Shown here one piece after another: positions 9,028 to 23,624 of a stretch of 64,000 nt of DNA. The notes beneath the pieces are model-generated. The model made no database searches, had not been told where the DNA came from, and was given only the letters and a program-made list of their open reading frames with translations. The position numbers and the translations under genes are program-made. This DNA comes from an uncultured cyanobacterium. GTDB lineage: Bacteria; Cyanobacteriota; Cyanobacteriia; PCC-6307; Cyanobiaceae. Where the stretch lies: NCBI GenBank assembly GCA_963765575.1, contig CAVXWZ010000011.1:608001-672000 (forward strand), given 5' to 3'. Numbering within the stretch: position 1 is the stretch's first letter; every line of letters starts with the position of its first letter.

Positions 9028-11084
9028 CAGGCGCTGAAGGCCTTGCGGGCCGGGATCGGGTAGGGAATGCGGCGGTGGCGCATGCGTTTCCACACCCGCA
9101 CGAAGGCCCGGATCAGCAGCTCCAGCTCCGCCCGGCTGATGCCGCTGGCCGCCAGCTGGCCATCGCGCTGGCGGGCCTCCAGGATGCGGCGCACCATCTG
9201 GCGGGCCTCGACTTCGGTGGTGGTGGGCGACAGCGAGCGCAGGGCGGCTTCGCAGCCGTCGGCCAGCATCAGGATTCCCGTTTCGCGGCTGCGCGGGGTG
9301 GGTCCGCGGTAGCGGAAGCGCTCCTCGGGCACCTCCGGATTGCGCTCCCTGGCGTGGTGCAGGAAGTAGCCCATCTTGAGGGTGCCCTGGTGTTCGGGGA
9401 TGAAGTCGGCGAGGGGGCGCGGCAGCCGGTAGCGGCGCGCCAGACGCAGGCCCTCATCCACGTGGGCCTGGAGGATGGCGGCGCTGGCGTAGGGATCATC
9501 GAGTTGGTCGTGGGGGTTGTGGCCGCCCTCCTGGTTCTCGATGAACCACTGCGGGCCGTGCAGCTTGCCCACGTCGTGATACAGGGCACCGGTGCGCACC
9601 AGGTCGACGTCGGCACCGATGCTGCGGGCCCCCTCCTCCGCCAGCCCGGCGATCATCAGGGTGTGCTCGAAGGTGCCCGGTGCCTCACAGGAGAGCCGGC
9701 GCAGCAAGGGCCGCTCCAGGTCGGCCAGCTCCAGCAGCCGGGCGCGGGTGAGCAGCCCGAAGGAGGTTTCCACCAGCGGCGCCAGCAGCAGCCCCAGCAT
9801 CAGCAGGCCGGCGAGCATCAGCCCCTCGCCCAGCAGGTCGATCTGTCCCGGCTGGCCGCGGCCCTGCAGCAGCAGCCACTGCAGCAGCACCGCGGCGGCC
9901 GGCAGCAGCACCGCCAGCTGCAGCAGCCCGGCGCGGCTGCGCTGGCGGTCGGCGGCCATCGCCGCGGCGGTGCCGGTGGCCGCCGCCACCAGCAGCCGCA
10001 CCCCCAGCACGCCACTGAGGGGCAGGGGCCAGAGCAGGGTGGCCGCCGCCAGCCAGGCCAGGCCGCAGCCGCTGCCCAGCCCCTGGGCCAGCAGCAGGGT
10101 GGGCGGCACCAGCAGCAGCATCGGACTGGCCAGCGGCCCCAGCCACAGGTTCAGCCCCTGCACCGCCAGCAGGGTGGCCAGGGAGAGCATCGCCTGGCGC
10201 GGCTCCAGGCTCGGCCGCCAGCGCCGCTGCAGCAGCACCAGCAGACCGCAGGCCGCCAGTGCCTCAACGAGGTGACCCAGCCAGGCCAGCGGCCGCGGCC
10301 GCCGGTTCACCAGGCCGAAGTAATCGAGCACGTCGAAGGCCTGGTCGCTGATGCGCTCGCCCTGCCGCACCACCAGATCGCCCGATTGCACCTCGATCGT
10401 GGGGATGCCCTCCTGGTTGATCAAGGCCTCGATGCGCCGCTGGCTCAGGGCGGGATCGCTGCGCAGGTTGGACTGGCCCTGGAGCACCTGCACCAGCAGC
10501 CGGGCCCCCACCTCCCGGGCCGCCTTCGGCAGACCGTCGAGCTGCAGGTTGGCCGCCTGGAGCAGTTGCTCTTCCGCCACGCCGGCCGCCAATCCCTGGC
10601 TGAGCATGCGCAACTGGGCCTGGCGCAGCTGCTGCTCCCAGGCACGGCGTTGCTCGCTGGTCAGCCCCTGCAGCCACTGGCTCTCGGCCTCGGTGAGGGA
10701 CACCGGCTTCACCAGGGTCTGGTCGCTGCCGGCCTGGGCCTCCATGGCCTGCAGGCTCTCGGCGAGCCGTTCCCGCAGCAGGGAACTGGCGGCCTCATCC
10801 ACCACCTGAACCGTGGTGCGGGGCAGCATCTGTTCGCGGCGCTGCTCCAGGGCCACGCTGTCCACCACCCGGGCCGCCTGGGGTGCCCGCACCGTGAACG
10901 GAGCCACCATGCCGGCGCGCAGGTTGGGTTCCACCAGCCACGGCCAGCTGGACACCACAGCCACCAGCAGGCACACCAGCAGCACGGCGGCGGCATCCTG
11001 GCCGCGCCACCAGGCGGGGCTCTGCAGGGGGCGCTCAGCCCGCAACAGGCGCCGCCAGAGGGTTCGCAGCTGCGGCCATCGCAT
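9027..11084 (-). CDS. 7TM-HD (HDIG) phosphohydrolase, PgpH-like putative c-di-AMP phosphodiesterase
   Basis: N-terminal TM, extracellular domain, multi-TM block, EAPGTFEH, LYHDVGK, FIENQ, EHQGT, ILMLADGCEAA. Confidence 0.88.
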   Translation of the reverse strand: MRWPQLRTLWRRLLRAERPLQSPAWWRGQDAAAVLLVCLLVAVVSSWPWLVEPNLRAGMVAPFTVRAPQAARVVDSVALEQRREQMLPRTTVQVVDEAASSLLRERLAESLQAMEAQAGSDQTLVKPVSLTEAESQWLQGLTSEQRRAWEQQLRQAQLRMLSQGLAAGVAEEQLLQAANLQLDGLPKAAREVGARLLVQVLQGQSNLRSDPALSQRRIEALINQEGIPTIEVQSGDLVVRQGERISDQAFDVLDYFGLVNRRPRPLAWLGHLVEALAACGLLVLLQRRWRPSLEPRQAMLSLATLLAVQGLNLWLGPLASPMLLLVPPTLLLAQGLGSGCGLAWLAAATLLWPLPLSGVLGVRLLVAAATGTAAAMAADRQRSRAGLLQLAVLLPAAAVLLQWLLLQGRGQPGQIDLLGEGLMLAGLLMLGLLLAPLVETSFGLLTRARLLELADLERPLLRRLSCEAPGTFEHTLMIAGLAEEGARSIGADVDLVRTGALYHDVGKLHGPQWFIENQEGGHNPHDQLDDPYASAAILQAHVDEGLRLARRYRLPRPLADFIPEHQGTLKMGYFLHHARERNPEVPEERFRYRGPTPRSRETGILMLADGCEAALRSLSPTTTEVEARQMVRRILEARQRDGQLAASGISRAELELLIRAFVRVWKRMRHRRIPYPIPARKAFSA

Positions 11085-11139
11085 CCCTTAAAACTAGCCG
11101 TCGGGGCCGATGCAAGCTGGAGCCAGCACCGATTCCGCC

Positions 11140-12021
11140 ATGGCCCTCCGACTCGACGGTCGCCAGCTCGCCGCTGAAATCGAGGCGCGGCTGCGCGCCA
11201 CCATCGACGCGGGCCGGGCCACCGCTGGTCGGCCGCCCGGGTTGGCCGTGCTGCGGGTGGGCGACGATCCGGCGAGTGGCGTCTACGTAGCCAACAAGGA
11301 GAAGGCCTGCGCCCGGGTGGGCATCGCCAGCCTTGGGGAGCACCTCAGCGCCACGGCCCCAGCCGAGGTGGTGCTGGCGGCCGTGCAGCGCCTCAATGGC
11401 GATCCCGCCTGCGACGGCATCCTGCTGCAGCTGCCCCTGCCCGCTGGCCTGGAGGAGGGGCCGCTGCTGGCGGCGATGGATCCGGACAAGGACGCCGATG
11501 GCCTGCACACCCTCAACCTGGGTCGCTTGCTGAAGGGCGAACCGGGGCCGCGCAGCTGCACCCCGGCGGGGGTGATGGCGCTGCTGGCCCGCCACCGGCT
11601 GCCGCTGGCGGGCCGCCGCGCCGTGGTGGTGGGCCGCAGCCTGCTGGTGGGCAAGCCGATGGCCCTGATGCTGCAGGCGGCCGACGCCACCGTCAGCGTG
11701 GCCCACTCCCGCACGGCCGACCTGGTCGGGCTCTGCCAGCAGGCCGAGGTGCTGGTGGTGGCCGCGGGCCGCCCCGGGATCGTCGGCGCCGCCCACGTGC
11801 GGCCGGGGGCCGTGGTGGTGGATGTGGGCATCCACCGGCGCCCGCAGGGCGGGCTGTGCGGGGATGTGCGTGCCGCCGAGGTGGAGCCGATTGCCGCGGC
11901 GCTGACGCCGGTGCCGGGGGGCGTGGGGCCGATGACCGTGACGATGCTGCTGGTGAACACCGTGCTGGCCTGGTGCCGGCGCCATGGCCTCGATCACGGA
12001 CTCGAGGATCTGGTGGCCTGA
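11140..12021 (+). CDS. folD: Bifunctional methylenetetrahydrofolate dehydrogenase/cyclohydrolase
   Basis: [44 protein letters not shown]. Confidence 0.96.
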   Translation: MALRLDGRQLAAEIEARLRATIDAGRATAGRPPGLAVLRVGDDPASGVYVANKEKACARVGIASLGEHLSATAPAEVVLAAVQRLNGDPACDGILLQLPLPAGLEEGPLLAAMDPDKDADGLHTLNLGRLLKGEPGPRSCTPAGVMALLARHRLPLAGRRAVVVGRSLLVGKPMALMLQAADATVSVAHSRTADLVGLCQQAEVLVVAAGRPGIVGAAHVRPGAVVVDVGIHRRPQGGLCGDVRAAEVEPIAAALTPVPGGVGPMTVTMLLVNTVLAWCRRHGLDHGLEDLVA

Positions 12022-12032
12022 GTGCCCGGCGC

Positions 12033-14934
<2,902 letters not shown>

Positions 14935-14967
14935 ACCCCGCCCGGCCGCCGCGGCTCAGGAGCGCCA

Positions 14968-16407
14968 TTGGCTGACGTCCTCACCTGCGATCAGCAAGCC
15001 GCCTGCACGGCCTTCGCCACCTGGCTGGCCGAGCCGGAGGCCGGTTTGCCCTTTGTGCTCAGCGGCTACGCCGGCACCGGCAAGACCTTCCTGTCGATGC
15101 GCTTCCTCGCCTTGGCCGAGGCTGCCGGCCTCTGCTGGACCGTGGTCGCCCCCACCCACAAGGCGGTGGGCGTGTTGCGCAGCCATCTGCTGGCGGCAGG
15201 TCTGAGCCCCACCTGGTATCCCTCCACCATCCACCGGCTGCTGCGGCTGCGGCTGCGGCGGCAGGGCGATCTGGAGCGCTGCGAGGAGGGCGAGCAGACG
15301 GCAGGAGCGCTGGAGCATCTGGGGCTGGTGCTGATCGATGAGGCCTCGATGGTGGACAGCCAGCTGCTGGAGATCACCCTGCGCTGTGCCCATCCCTTCC
15401 GCACCCGGTTGGTGTTCGTGGGTGACCCGGCCCAGTTGCCGCCGGTGGGGGAACCGCAGAGTCCGGTGTTTGCCCTGGGCCGCGCCCGCGCCATGGCCCT
15501 GACTCAGGTGGTGCGTCACCGGGGACCGGTGCTGCGTCTGGCCCAGGGGATTCGCGAGCAGTCCCTGCCCTGCCACCGGCCGCCAGCGTTGCCGCCGGTG
15601 CTCAGCGCCGGCGGCCGTGTGGCCGTGCTGGATCGCCAGGAATGGCTGCTGGAGGCCCAGGCCGCCCTGCGCCGCAGTGCCGAAACCGACAACCCCGACC
15701 TGGCGCGGATCCTCTGCTACACCAACCGCTCCCTGGAGCAGCTGGTGCCGATCGCCCGCCGCGCCCTGCACGGGGCGATGGCCGACCAGTTGCCGGTGCT
15801 GCCGGGGGAGGTGCTGATCAGCCGCAGCGCCGTGATGGCTCCAGCCTGCCGGGAGGGGGAGGAGGCCGCGGCCGAGGAACCGGACATGGTGCTGGGCTCC
15901 AACCGGGAGCTGGTGGTGCGGGACGTGATCCCCGAACGCTGTGACCTGCGCGATCTGGGGGTGGCCGATGCCCCCCTGATCGACACCCTCAGCGCCAGGG
16001 TGGAGGCCGGCGACGCCTCCCTCAGCCTGCGCCTGCTGCCGCCAGCGGGCAGCGTCGCCCGCCAGAGCCTCGATGCGCTGCTGGAGCGGCTGCGTGCCAG
16101 GGCCCGCGACGCGGCCCGGGATGGGGGCAAGGCCGCGGCCCGGGGGCTGTGGCGGCAGTTCTTCCTGGTGCGCGACGCCTTCGCGGCCCTGGGGCCAGCC
16201 GCCGTGCTCACGGTGCACCGCAGCCAGGGAAGCACCTTCGGCCAGGTGTTCGTGGATGGCGATGTGTTCTGGCCTCGCGATCCCCTGTTGCGTCGCCAGC
16301 TGGTGTATGTGGCGGTGAGCCGGGCCAGCCAGGCGGTGGCGCTGGTGGCTGGTCCGGCCAGCCCCACGGAGCAGCGGCGTTGGCGTGACTGGCTCGCCAA
16401 CGACTGA
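14968..16407 (+). CDS. RecD-like SF1B helicase / AAA ATPase
   Basis: GYAGTGKT, APTHKA, DEASMV, GDPAQLPPV, TVHRSQGSTF, YVAVSRA. Confidence 0.9.
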   Translation: MADVLTCDQQAACTAFATWLAEPEAGLPFVLSGYAGTGKTFLSMRFLALAEAAGLCWTVVAPTHKAVGVLRSHLLAAGLSPTWYPSTIHRLLRLRLRRQGDLERCEEGEQTAGALEHLGLVLIDEASMVDSQLLEITLRCAHPFRTRLVFVGDPAQLPPVGEPQSPVFALGRARAMALTQVVRHRGPVLRLAQGIREQSLPCHRPPALPPVLSAGGRVAVLDRQEWLLEAQAALRRSAETDNPDLARILCYTNRSLEQLVPIARRALHGAMADQLPVLPGEVLISRSAVMAPACREGEEAAAEEPDMVLGSNRELVVRDVIPERCDLRDLGVADAPLIDTLSARVEAGDASLSLRLLPPAGSVARQSLDALLERLRARARDAARDGGKAAARGLWRQFFLVRDAFAALGPAAVLTVHRSQGSTFGQVFVDGDVFWPRDPLLRRQLVYVAVSRASQAVALVAGPASPTEQRRWRDWLAND

Positions 16408-16410
16408 ATT

Positions 16411-16437
16411 CGAACCGCCCGAACCGCCCGAACCGCC
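16411..16437. repeat. 9-bp tandem repeat (CGAACCGCC)x3
   Basis: Three exact copies occupy nearly all of the 30-bp gap between two convergent genes. Confidence 0.9.
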
Positions 16438-17127
16438 TCAGCCGGCCAGCCCCAGTCGCAGGCCCTCGATCCCCTGCCAGCCCAGGTAGCCGGCCAGGGC
16501 CACGCTCACCAGGCCCACCACCAGATCCCCGCGGCTGAACAGCCAGCGCTTGCCCCCCTCCAGCAGGGGCAGCACCGCCTGGGGGCCCCAAAGTCCCAGG
16601 GTGATCAGAGGCAGCAGCAGCAGCAGGCCGCTCACCAGGCAGAAGAGCCCCGCCCCCAGCGCTTCCTGCGGGGTGGTGAGCCCTGCCTCCAGCAGGCTGC
16701 CGGCGGCCTTGGCAAACAGAAACAGATCGTCGGGACTGGCCAGTTCCAGCGCCGCGCTCAACCCCAGCAGCAGGGGCAGTGGCAGGGTGCAGAACCGCTC
16801 CAGCCGTTGGGTCCAGCCGGGGGCAACGCCGTCCGGCTGGACCTCCAGCAGCTCCCGCACGCCCAGGGCCAGCAGGGCGCCGGCGGCCAGCAGGTCCAGC
16901 CCGGTGCGGTGGCCGCTGCCCTTCTCCATCGTGAGCAGCAGGCCATGGCCCACGCTCAGCAGCAGCAGCAGCGCCAGGGCCGTGGTCAGCAGCCAGCCGG
17001 CCACGAACCAGCTGCCGCGACGCAGGGGCTGGGGGCCGAGCAGGAGCAGCAGCACAAGGGCGATGTGCAGCGGTGAGAACCCCACCGCCAGGCCGAAGGC
17101 GGCCAGTTCTGCCAGCAGGTGGGCCAT
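16438..17127 (-). CDS. GAP (Sap-like) family membrane protein
   Basis: GLAVGFSPLHIA, ASPDDLFLFAKA, multiple TM helices. Confidence 0.75.
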   Translation of the reverse strand: MAHLLAELAAFGLAVGFSPLHIALVLLLLLGPQPLRRGSWFVAGWLLTTALALLLLLSVGHGLLLTMEKGSGHRTGLDLLAAGALLALGVRELLEVQPDGVAPGWTQRLERFCTLPLPLLLGLSAALELASPDDLFLFAKAAGSLLEAGLTTPQEALGAGLFCLVSGLLLLLPLITLGLWGPQAVLPLLEGGKRWLFSRGDLVVGLVSVALAGYLGWQGIEGLRLGLAG

Positions 17128-17143
17128 CAGCGCTGTGCTCCCC

Positions 17144-18586
17144 TCAACGGCCGCAGCCTTGGCGCACGGCCAGGCTGGAGTGCCGGGCCGCCGCTGCGAG
17201 CCGGCGGGGGATCTGCGGGCAGCCCGCCCAGTGCAGGTGCAGCCAGCTGGCGTGCAGCTGCCCTGTGCCCCAGCCCTCCGGCCGCGAGGGACAGCCCCAG
17301 CCCTCCAGTTGCCACAGCTCCTGGCCTGCGTTGCCCTGCTGCCCATGGTCTTGGGTCTGCAGCTGCCAGCGGTGGAATTCATGGCCCTGGAGCTGCTCGC
17401 CGCGGCGCACCAACAGCCCGTCACCGCTGACGCTTGCCTGGCGGTAGCCCAGGCTGAGGGCACCGCGCCGGGCCTGGAACGGCAGCAGGCCGGCCATGGC
17501 ATGGGTCTGGCCGAAGGGGTCGCAGAGCTCACGGCCCAGCAGCAGCAGCCCCCCGCATTCGGCCACGATCGGCACCCCGCTGGCGGCGGCCCGGCGCAGG
17601 TCGCCGAGGCTGCGCCGGGCCGCCGCCAGTTGGGCGGCATGCAGTTCGGGATAGCCGCCCGGGAGCAGCACCCCCGCGCAGCCGGCCGGCAGGGGCTCAT
17701 CGGCGAGGGGGCTCCAGGGGTGGAGCTCCACACCCAGGGCCGCCAGCAGCTCGCTGGCCTCGGGGTAGCGGAAGTGGAAGGCGCGATCGCTGGCCACCGC
17801 GACGCTGGGCCTGCGCTCGCCCGCCGCGGCCGGGGGGGGGGCCATGGGCTTGGGGCGGGTAAGCAGGGTCTGGATCGGTTCGCCCGCCGCGGCGCCGCTG
17901 CCGGCCGCTGCTGGCGCCAGCAGCGGCCACAGCCGCTCCAGGTCGAGGTGCCGTTCGGCCAGCTCTGCCCAGGTGTCGATGCGGGCATCCAGGTCGGCCA
18001 CCTCAGCGGGGGGCAGCAGGCCCAGGTGACGGCTGGGCAGCTCCAGGGCAGGGTTCTGGGGCAGCACCCCCAGCAGCGGCACGGCAATGGCCGCGAGGGC
18101 TTCAGCGAGCAGGGTGCGGTGGCGCTCGGAGCCCACCCGATTGAGCACCACCCCGGCCAGTTGCACCCGCGGCGGGCCGTGGTCGCGGAAGCCGCGCACC
18201 AGGGCGGCGATCGATCCGGCCTGGCGGGAGGCCTCCACCACCAGCACCACCGGCAGCTCCAGCAGTGCCGCCAGCGCCGCTGAGCTGCCCTCGCTGCCGG
18301 CCCCACGGCCGTCGAACAGGCCCATCACCCCCTCCACCAGGGCCAGATCGGCGCGGCTGCCGTGCCAGTGGAAGCTGCGCCGCACCCAGTCCTCGCCGCA
18401 GAGCAGGGGGTCGAGGTTGCGGCAGGTCTGTCCGCTCACCCGGCTGAGCAGCTGGGGATCGAGGTAGTCGGGCCCCACCTTGAAGGGCTGCAGCGTCAGG
18501 CCCCGGCGGCGGGCCAGGGCACTCAGGCTGAGGCTGAGCAGGGTTTTGCCGCTGCCGCTGGCGGGAGCGGCGATCAGGCAGGCCAT
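17144..18586 (-). CDS. cobB: Cobyrinate a,c-diamide synthase
   Basis: SGSGKT, FKVGPDYLDP, EGVMGLFDG, LPSRHLGL, GGYPELH, AECGG, GHEFH. Confidence 0.95.
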   Translation of the reverse strand: MACLIAAPASGSGKTLLSLSLSALARRRGLTLQPFKVGPDYLDPQLLSRVSGQTCRNLDPLLCGEDWVRRSFHWHGSRADLALVEGVMGLFDGRGAGSEGSSAALAALLELPVVLVVEASRQAGSIAALVRGFRDHGPPRVQLAGVVLNRVGSERHRTLLAEALAAIAVPLLGVLPQNPALELPSRHLGLLPPAEVADLDARIDTWAELAERHLDLERLWPLLAPAAAGSGAAAGEPIQTLLTRPKPMAPPPAAAGERRPSVAVASDRAFHFRYPEASELLAALGVELHPWSPLADEPLPAGCAGVLLPGGYPELHAAQLAAARRSLGDLRRAAASGVPIVAECGGLLLLGRELCDPFGQTHAMAGLLPFQARRGALSLGYRQASVSGDGLLVRRGEQLQGHEFHRWQLQTQDHGQQGNAGQELWQLEGWGCPSRPEGWGTGQLHASWLHLHWAGCPQIPRRLAAAARHSSLAVRQGCGR

Positions 18587-18605
18587 GGCCGCAGCCCCCC
18601 GGCGG

Positions 18606-19904
18606 TCATGCCGGCAGCAGCCGGCCGGCGATCAGGGCGGCGGAGGCCAGTAGCGGGTTGGTGGTGTCGTGGCCGCCGGCCAGCAACCGTGCCAATTCCA
18701 TCTCCTCGCTCTCGTTGGGCAGGGGCACCACGTCCTCCGCCAGTTCCATCGAGGCCATGCCACCGGCCTCCAGGCGCATGCAGCCGCCCGATTCGGAGCA
18801 GAGAATCACGCACAGGGGCGGATGGCTCTGGGGCGCGCAGATCAGCCGCAGCCCCACCAGGGCGCCGGGGTGGATCTTGGGGCTGCCCACCGGCACCGGC
18901 ATCAGACGAAACTGCACAGCAACGCCGTCCGTGCGCTCAAAGGCGGCGCCGATGCCGTCGCCGAGGTCATCCCCATCGATGGCGTAGGACTCCAGCAGGT
19001 GCCAGCCCAGCCGGTCGGCGAGCCAGGCCGCCAACAGCAGCCCCTTGATCGGGTGGTCGCCCTCCACGTCGATGTCCAGCTGCACCACGTGATCCAGGGC
19101 GTTGCGGCGGGAGGGGGGATCGAAGACCATCGCCAGCGACTCCCGCCAGGTGCGCAGCCGCAACCAGTTGAGGTCGTTCACGGCCTGCCCCGCCGCGATG
19201 CGCCCCACCAGCAGGTCGATGCAGCGGCGGGGATGGCCCAGGGAGCTGTCCACCACCAGCCGGCGGGTCGGCGGGGCCAGGTCGTCGAGCAGCTGGGGAG
19301 CTTCGTCAAGGCTGCTGTTCCACCACACCCAGCAGGGCAGGTCGGTGGTGATCAGGGGCTGGATCAGATCCATGGATTGCTGCAGCGCACCGCGCCCGCC
19401 GCGCAGCACCACCACATCGCCGCAGGCGGTGCCGCTGGCACCCTCATCGGCCAGGGGGCAATAGGCGGCCACCAGGGTTTCCAGGGCCTGGCCCTCATCG
19501 AGGGTGGGGGCCAGGGTGATCAGCCGCCGGGGTTTGTGGGCGCTGATGCTGGACTCCACGAACTGGCCGCGCAGGTCCTGGGCCTGGTGGTCTCCCGGCT
19601 GCCGGCCCAGTTCCCAGGCCAGGCGCTGATCCATCACGGCCGTGCTGAGGGGCAGGTCGAGGGTGGGCACGGCCTGTTTGGCCGCCTCGATCAGGTGGGG
19701 CTCCAGCAGGCCGGTGAGGGGACCGTCGGACCGGCCGGTGCGGATCAGCTGCTGCTGCAGCCAGGAGGCCTCGTACACCACCAGGGTGAAGGTGGTGGCA
19801 CCGTCGGAATCCTGCAGACCTTCCCCCCAGAGGGTCTGGAGATAGTTGGGAACGTCCTGGGGCGGCAGGGCCGTGGGGGCCTGGAGCGTGAGTTGGGGCG
19901 ACAT
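18606..19904 (-). CDS. opcA: Glucose-6-phosphate dehydrogenase assembly protein
   Basis: MSPQLTLQAP start, DLRGQF, VAAYCP, NDLNWLRL; directly downstream of zwf. Confidence 0.93.
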   Translation of the reverse strand: MSPQLTLQAPTALPPQDVPNYLQTLWGEGLQDSDGATTFTLVVYEASWLQQQLIRTGRSDGPLTGLLEPHLIEAAKQAVPTLDLPLSTAVMDQRLAWELGRQPGDHQAQDLRGQFVESSISAHKPRRLITLAPTLDEGQALETLVAAYCPLADEGASGTACGDVVVLRGGRGALQQSMDLIQPLITTDLPCWVWWNSSLDEAPQLLDDLAPPTRRLVVDSSLGHPRRCIDLLVGRIAAGQAVNDLNWLRLRTWRESLAMVFDPPSRRNALDHVVQLDIDVEGDHPIKGLLLAAWLADRLGWHLLESYAIDGDDLGDGIGAAFERTDGVAVQFRLMPVPVGSPKIHPGALVGLRLICAPQSHPPLCVILCSESGGCMRLEAGGMASMELAEDVVPLPNESEEMELARLLAGGHDTTNPLLASAALIAGRLLPA

Positions 19905-19926
19905 GGCGGGATGCGGTGGGCTGGGC

Positions 19927-21450
19927 TCAGGGACGACGCCAGGCCAGCCCGTTCTCGGCCAGCAGGTTGTCGGCGGCAGCGGGCCCCCAGGTGCGGGCTT
20001 CGTAGGGGTGCACCGGCAACTGCCAGGGCGCGTCCTCGATCAACTCCAGCAGGGGCGTGTAGAGGCGCCAGGCGGCCTCCACTTCGTCGCTGCGGGTGAA
20101 CAGGGTGGGATCGCCGAGCATGGCGTCGGCCAGCAGGCGCACATAGCCCTCGTCACTGGGCTCGCCGAAGCTGTCGTCGTAGCTGAAGGCCATGTCCACC
20201 GGGCGGCTGCGCATGCCCGAACCGGGAGCTTTGACCTCAAAGCGGATGTTCGCCCCCTCATCGGGCTGAATTCGGAGGATCAGCTGGTTGGGGGTGGGGG
20301 CGCCGCCAGCGGCATCGAAGAGGTGCACCGGTGCCTTCCTGAAGGTGAGCACCACCTCGCTGAGCCGCTTGGGCAGACGCTTGCCGGTGCGCACATAAAA
20401 GGGCACCCCCTGCCAGCGCCAGTTGTCGATGAACAGCTTCATCGCCACATAGGTTTCGGTGGTGCTGTTGGGGTTCACCCCATGCTCCTGGCGGTAGCCG
20501 GGAATCGGGTTGCGGGCGTTGCCGCCGGGGCCGTACTGGCCGCGGGCGCAGCACTTCCAGGGCTCGCTCGGATGGGCCAGCCGGGCCGCCTGCAGCACCT
20601 TGGCCTTCTCGTTGCGGATGGCTTCAGCGTCAAAGCGACCGGGGGGTTCCATGGCCGTGAGGGCCAGGATCTGGGTGAGGTGGTTCTGCACCATGTCCCG
20701 CAGGGCACCGCTGCTTTCGTAGTAGCCGGCCCGTTCCTCCACCCCCACCGTTTCGGCTGCAGTGATCTGCACGTTGGAAATGAAATTGCGGTTCCAGATC
20801 GGCTCGAAGATGGTGTTGGCAAAGCGCAGCACCAGGATGTTCTGGACGGTCTCCTTGCCGAGGTAGTGGTCGATCCGGAAGATCTGCTTTTCCTTGGCGC
20901 TGGCTTGCACCACCTTGTTGAGGGCCTGGGCACTGGGGTAGTCGGTGCCGAAGGGCTTCTCGATCACCACCCGGCTGCGCTCCGGGTCGGCCAGCAGGCC
21001 AGCGGCGGCGAGGGCCCGGGTGCCGCTGCCGTAGAAGGCCGGGGAGACCGACAGGTAGAAGGTGTGATTGCCGCGGGTGGCACGCTGACGGTCGATCTGC
21101 TCCAGGCGCTGGCCGAGGGCCTCGATCGAAGCCGGGTTGGAGAGGTCGGCGGGTTCGTAGAAGAGACCGGCGGCGAATGACTGCCAGATGTGGCCGTGCT
21201 GTTCGATCTCCTCGCCCAGGGCCACCTGCATGCGCGAGCGGAACTCCTCATCGCTCCAGGGACGGCGGGCGCAGCCCAGCACCGCGAACTCCGAGGGCAG
21301 GCGGCGCTGCCGGTAGAGCTCGAACAGCGCCGGGATCAACTTGCGCTGGGTGAGGTCACCGCTGGCGCCGAAGATGACGATGCACTGGGAGGGAATGATC
21401 CGCTCCTGCCGCAGGCCGACCCGCAGGGGGTTGGTGAGCACGGCGCTCAT
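19927..21450 (-). CDS. zwf: Glucose-6-phosphate 1-dehydrogenase
   Basis: GASGDL, EKPFG, RIDHYLGKE, RDMVQNH. Confidence 0.97.
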   Translation of the reverse strand: MSAVLTNPLRVGLRQERIIPSQCIVIFGASGDLTQRKLIPALFELYRQRRLPSEFAVLGCARRPWSDEEFRSRMQVALGEEIEQHGHIWQSFAAGLFYEPADLSNPASIEALGQRLEQIDRQRATRGNHTFYLSVSPAFYGSGTRALAAAGLLADPERSRVVIEKPFGTDYPSAQALNKVVQASAKEKQIFRIDHYLGKETVQNILVLRFANTIFEPIWNRNFISNVQITAAETVGVEERAGYYESSGALRDMVQNHLTQILALTAMEPPGRFDAEAIRNEKAKVLQAARLAHPSEPWKCCARGQYGPGGNARNPIPGYRQEHGVNPNSTTETYVAMKLFIDNWRWQGVPFYVRTGKRLPKRLSEVVLTFRKAPVHLFDAAGGAPTPNQLILRIQPDEGANIRFEVKAPGSGMRSRPVDMAFSYDDSFGEPSDEGYVRLLADAMLGDPTLFTRSDEVEAAWRLYTPLLELIEDAPWQLPVHPYEARTWGPAAADNLLAENGLAWRRP

Positions 21451-21577
21451 GAACGGATCTCCAGTGGGCGGTTGGATTCAGGCCAAGGCTGGCTGGCCGG
21501 TGGCCCGGAGAGGGCCCCGGTCCCGGGGCTGTGAGCAAACGGGCACCGAAAGGGCTGCCCTGAGAACAGTGCCGGCC

Positions 21578-22921
<1,344 letters not shown>

Positions 22922-22928
22922 TTAGGTT

Positions 22929-23537
22929 GTGCCCCAGCACACACGGCTCGACCCGTTGGCGCCGCTCACCCTTTTGCAGCTCAGCACCCAGACCGCCACG
23001 ACTGCGGGCTCGGCCGCCAGCCAGTTCGGCGAGCAGAGCTGCAGCCTCGACACGATTCAGCAGGAGATGGAGCGCCTGGCGCAGGGCACCCGTCGGCTGG
23101 CGGTGCTGCTCCGTCTCTCCCTCGATCCCGAGCAGATCTGGTCGGTGCTCACCGATTACGGCAACCTCGATCGCTTCATCCCCAACCTGCTCAGCTCCCG
23201 CCAGCTGTGGCGGCGGGGCAACCGGGTGGCCCTGGAGCAGGTGGGCAGTCAGCAGTTCTGCGGCCTGCGCTTCAGCGCCCGGGTGGAGCTGGAGCTGGAA
23301 GAGGATGCCGCCGCCGGTGAGCTGCGCTTCCAGATGCTGCGGGGAGACTTCCGGCGTTTCGAGGGCACCTGGCGCGTCGATCGTGATGCCATCAGCACCC
23401 GACTGCTCTATGACCTCACGGTGCAGGGCAAACCGGGGATGCCGATCGGCCTGATCGAGCAGCGGCTGCAACAGGATCTGGCCTGCAATCTCCGCGGTGT
23501 GCAGCAGGAAGCCGAGCGGCGCGCCACAGACGAGTGA
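22929..23537 (+). CDS. SRPBCC / polyketide cyclase-dehydrase family protein
   Basis: WSVLTDYGNLDRFIPNL, LEQVG, GDFRRFEGTW; start uncertain. Confidence 0.85.
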   Translation: MPQHTRLDPLAPLTLLQLSTQTATTAGSAASQFGEQSCSLDTIQQEMERLAQGTRRLAVLLRLSLDPEQIWSVLTDYGNLDRFIPNLLSSRQLWRRGNRVALEQVGSQQFCGLRFSARVELELEEDAAAGELRFQMLRGDFRRFEGTWRVDRDAISTRLLYDLTVQGKPGMPIGLIEQRLQQDLACNLRGVQQEAERRATDE

Positions 23538-23624
23538 CCTGGGCACTCTGAAGACGGATATCCTGCGACCCGGGGACAGGGGAGCCGGAAGCCGGGATCC
23601 GGAAGCGGCCCGAACCTGATGCAA

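Noticed and set aside
16438..18306. 622-aa ORF overlapping cobB
   Set aside because: Only 16438-17127 is protein-like; the upstream part is an alternative frame of cobB
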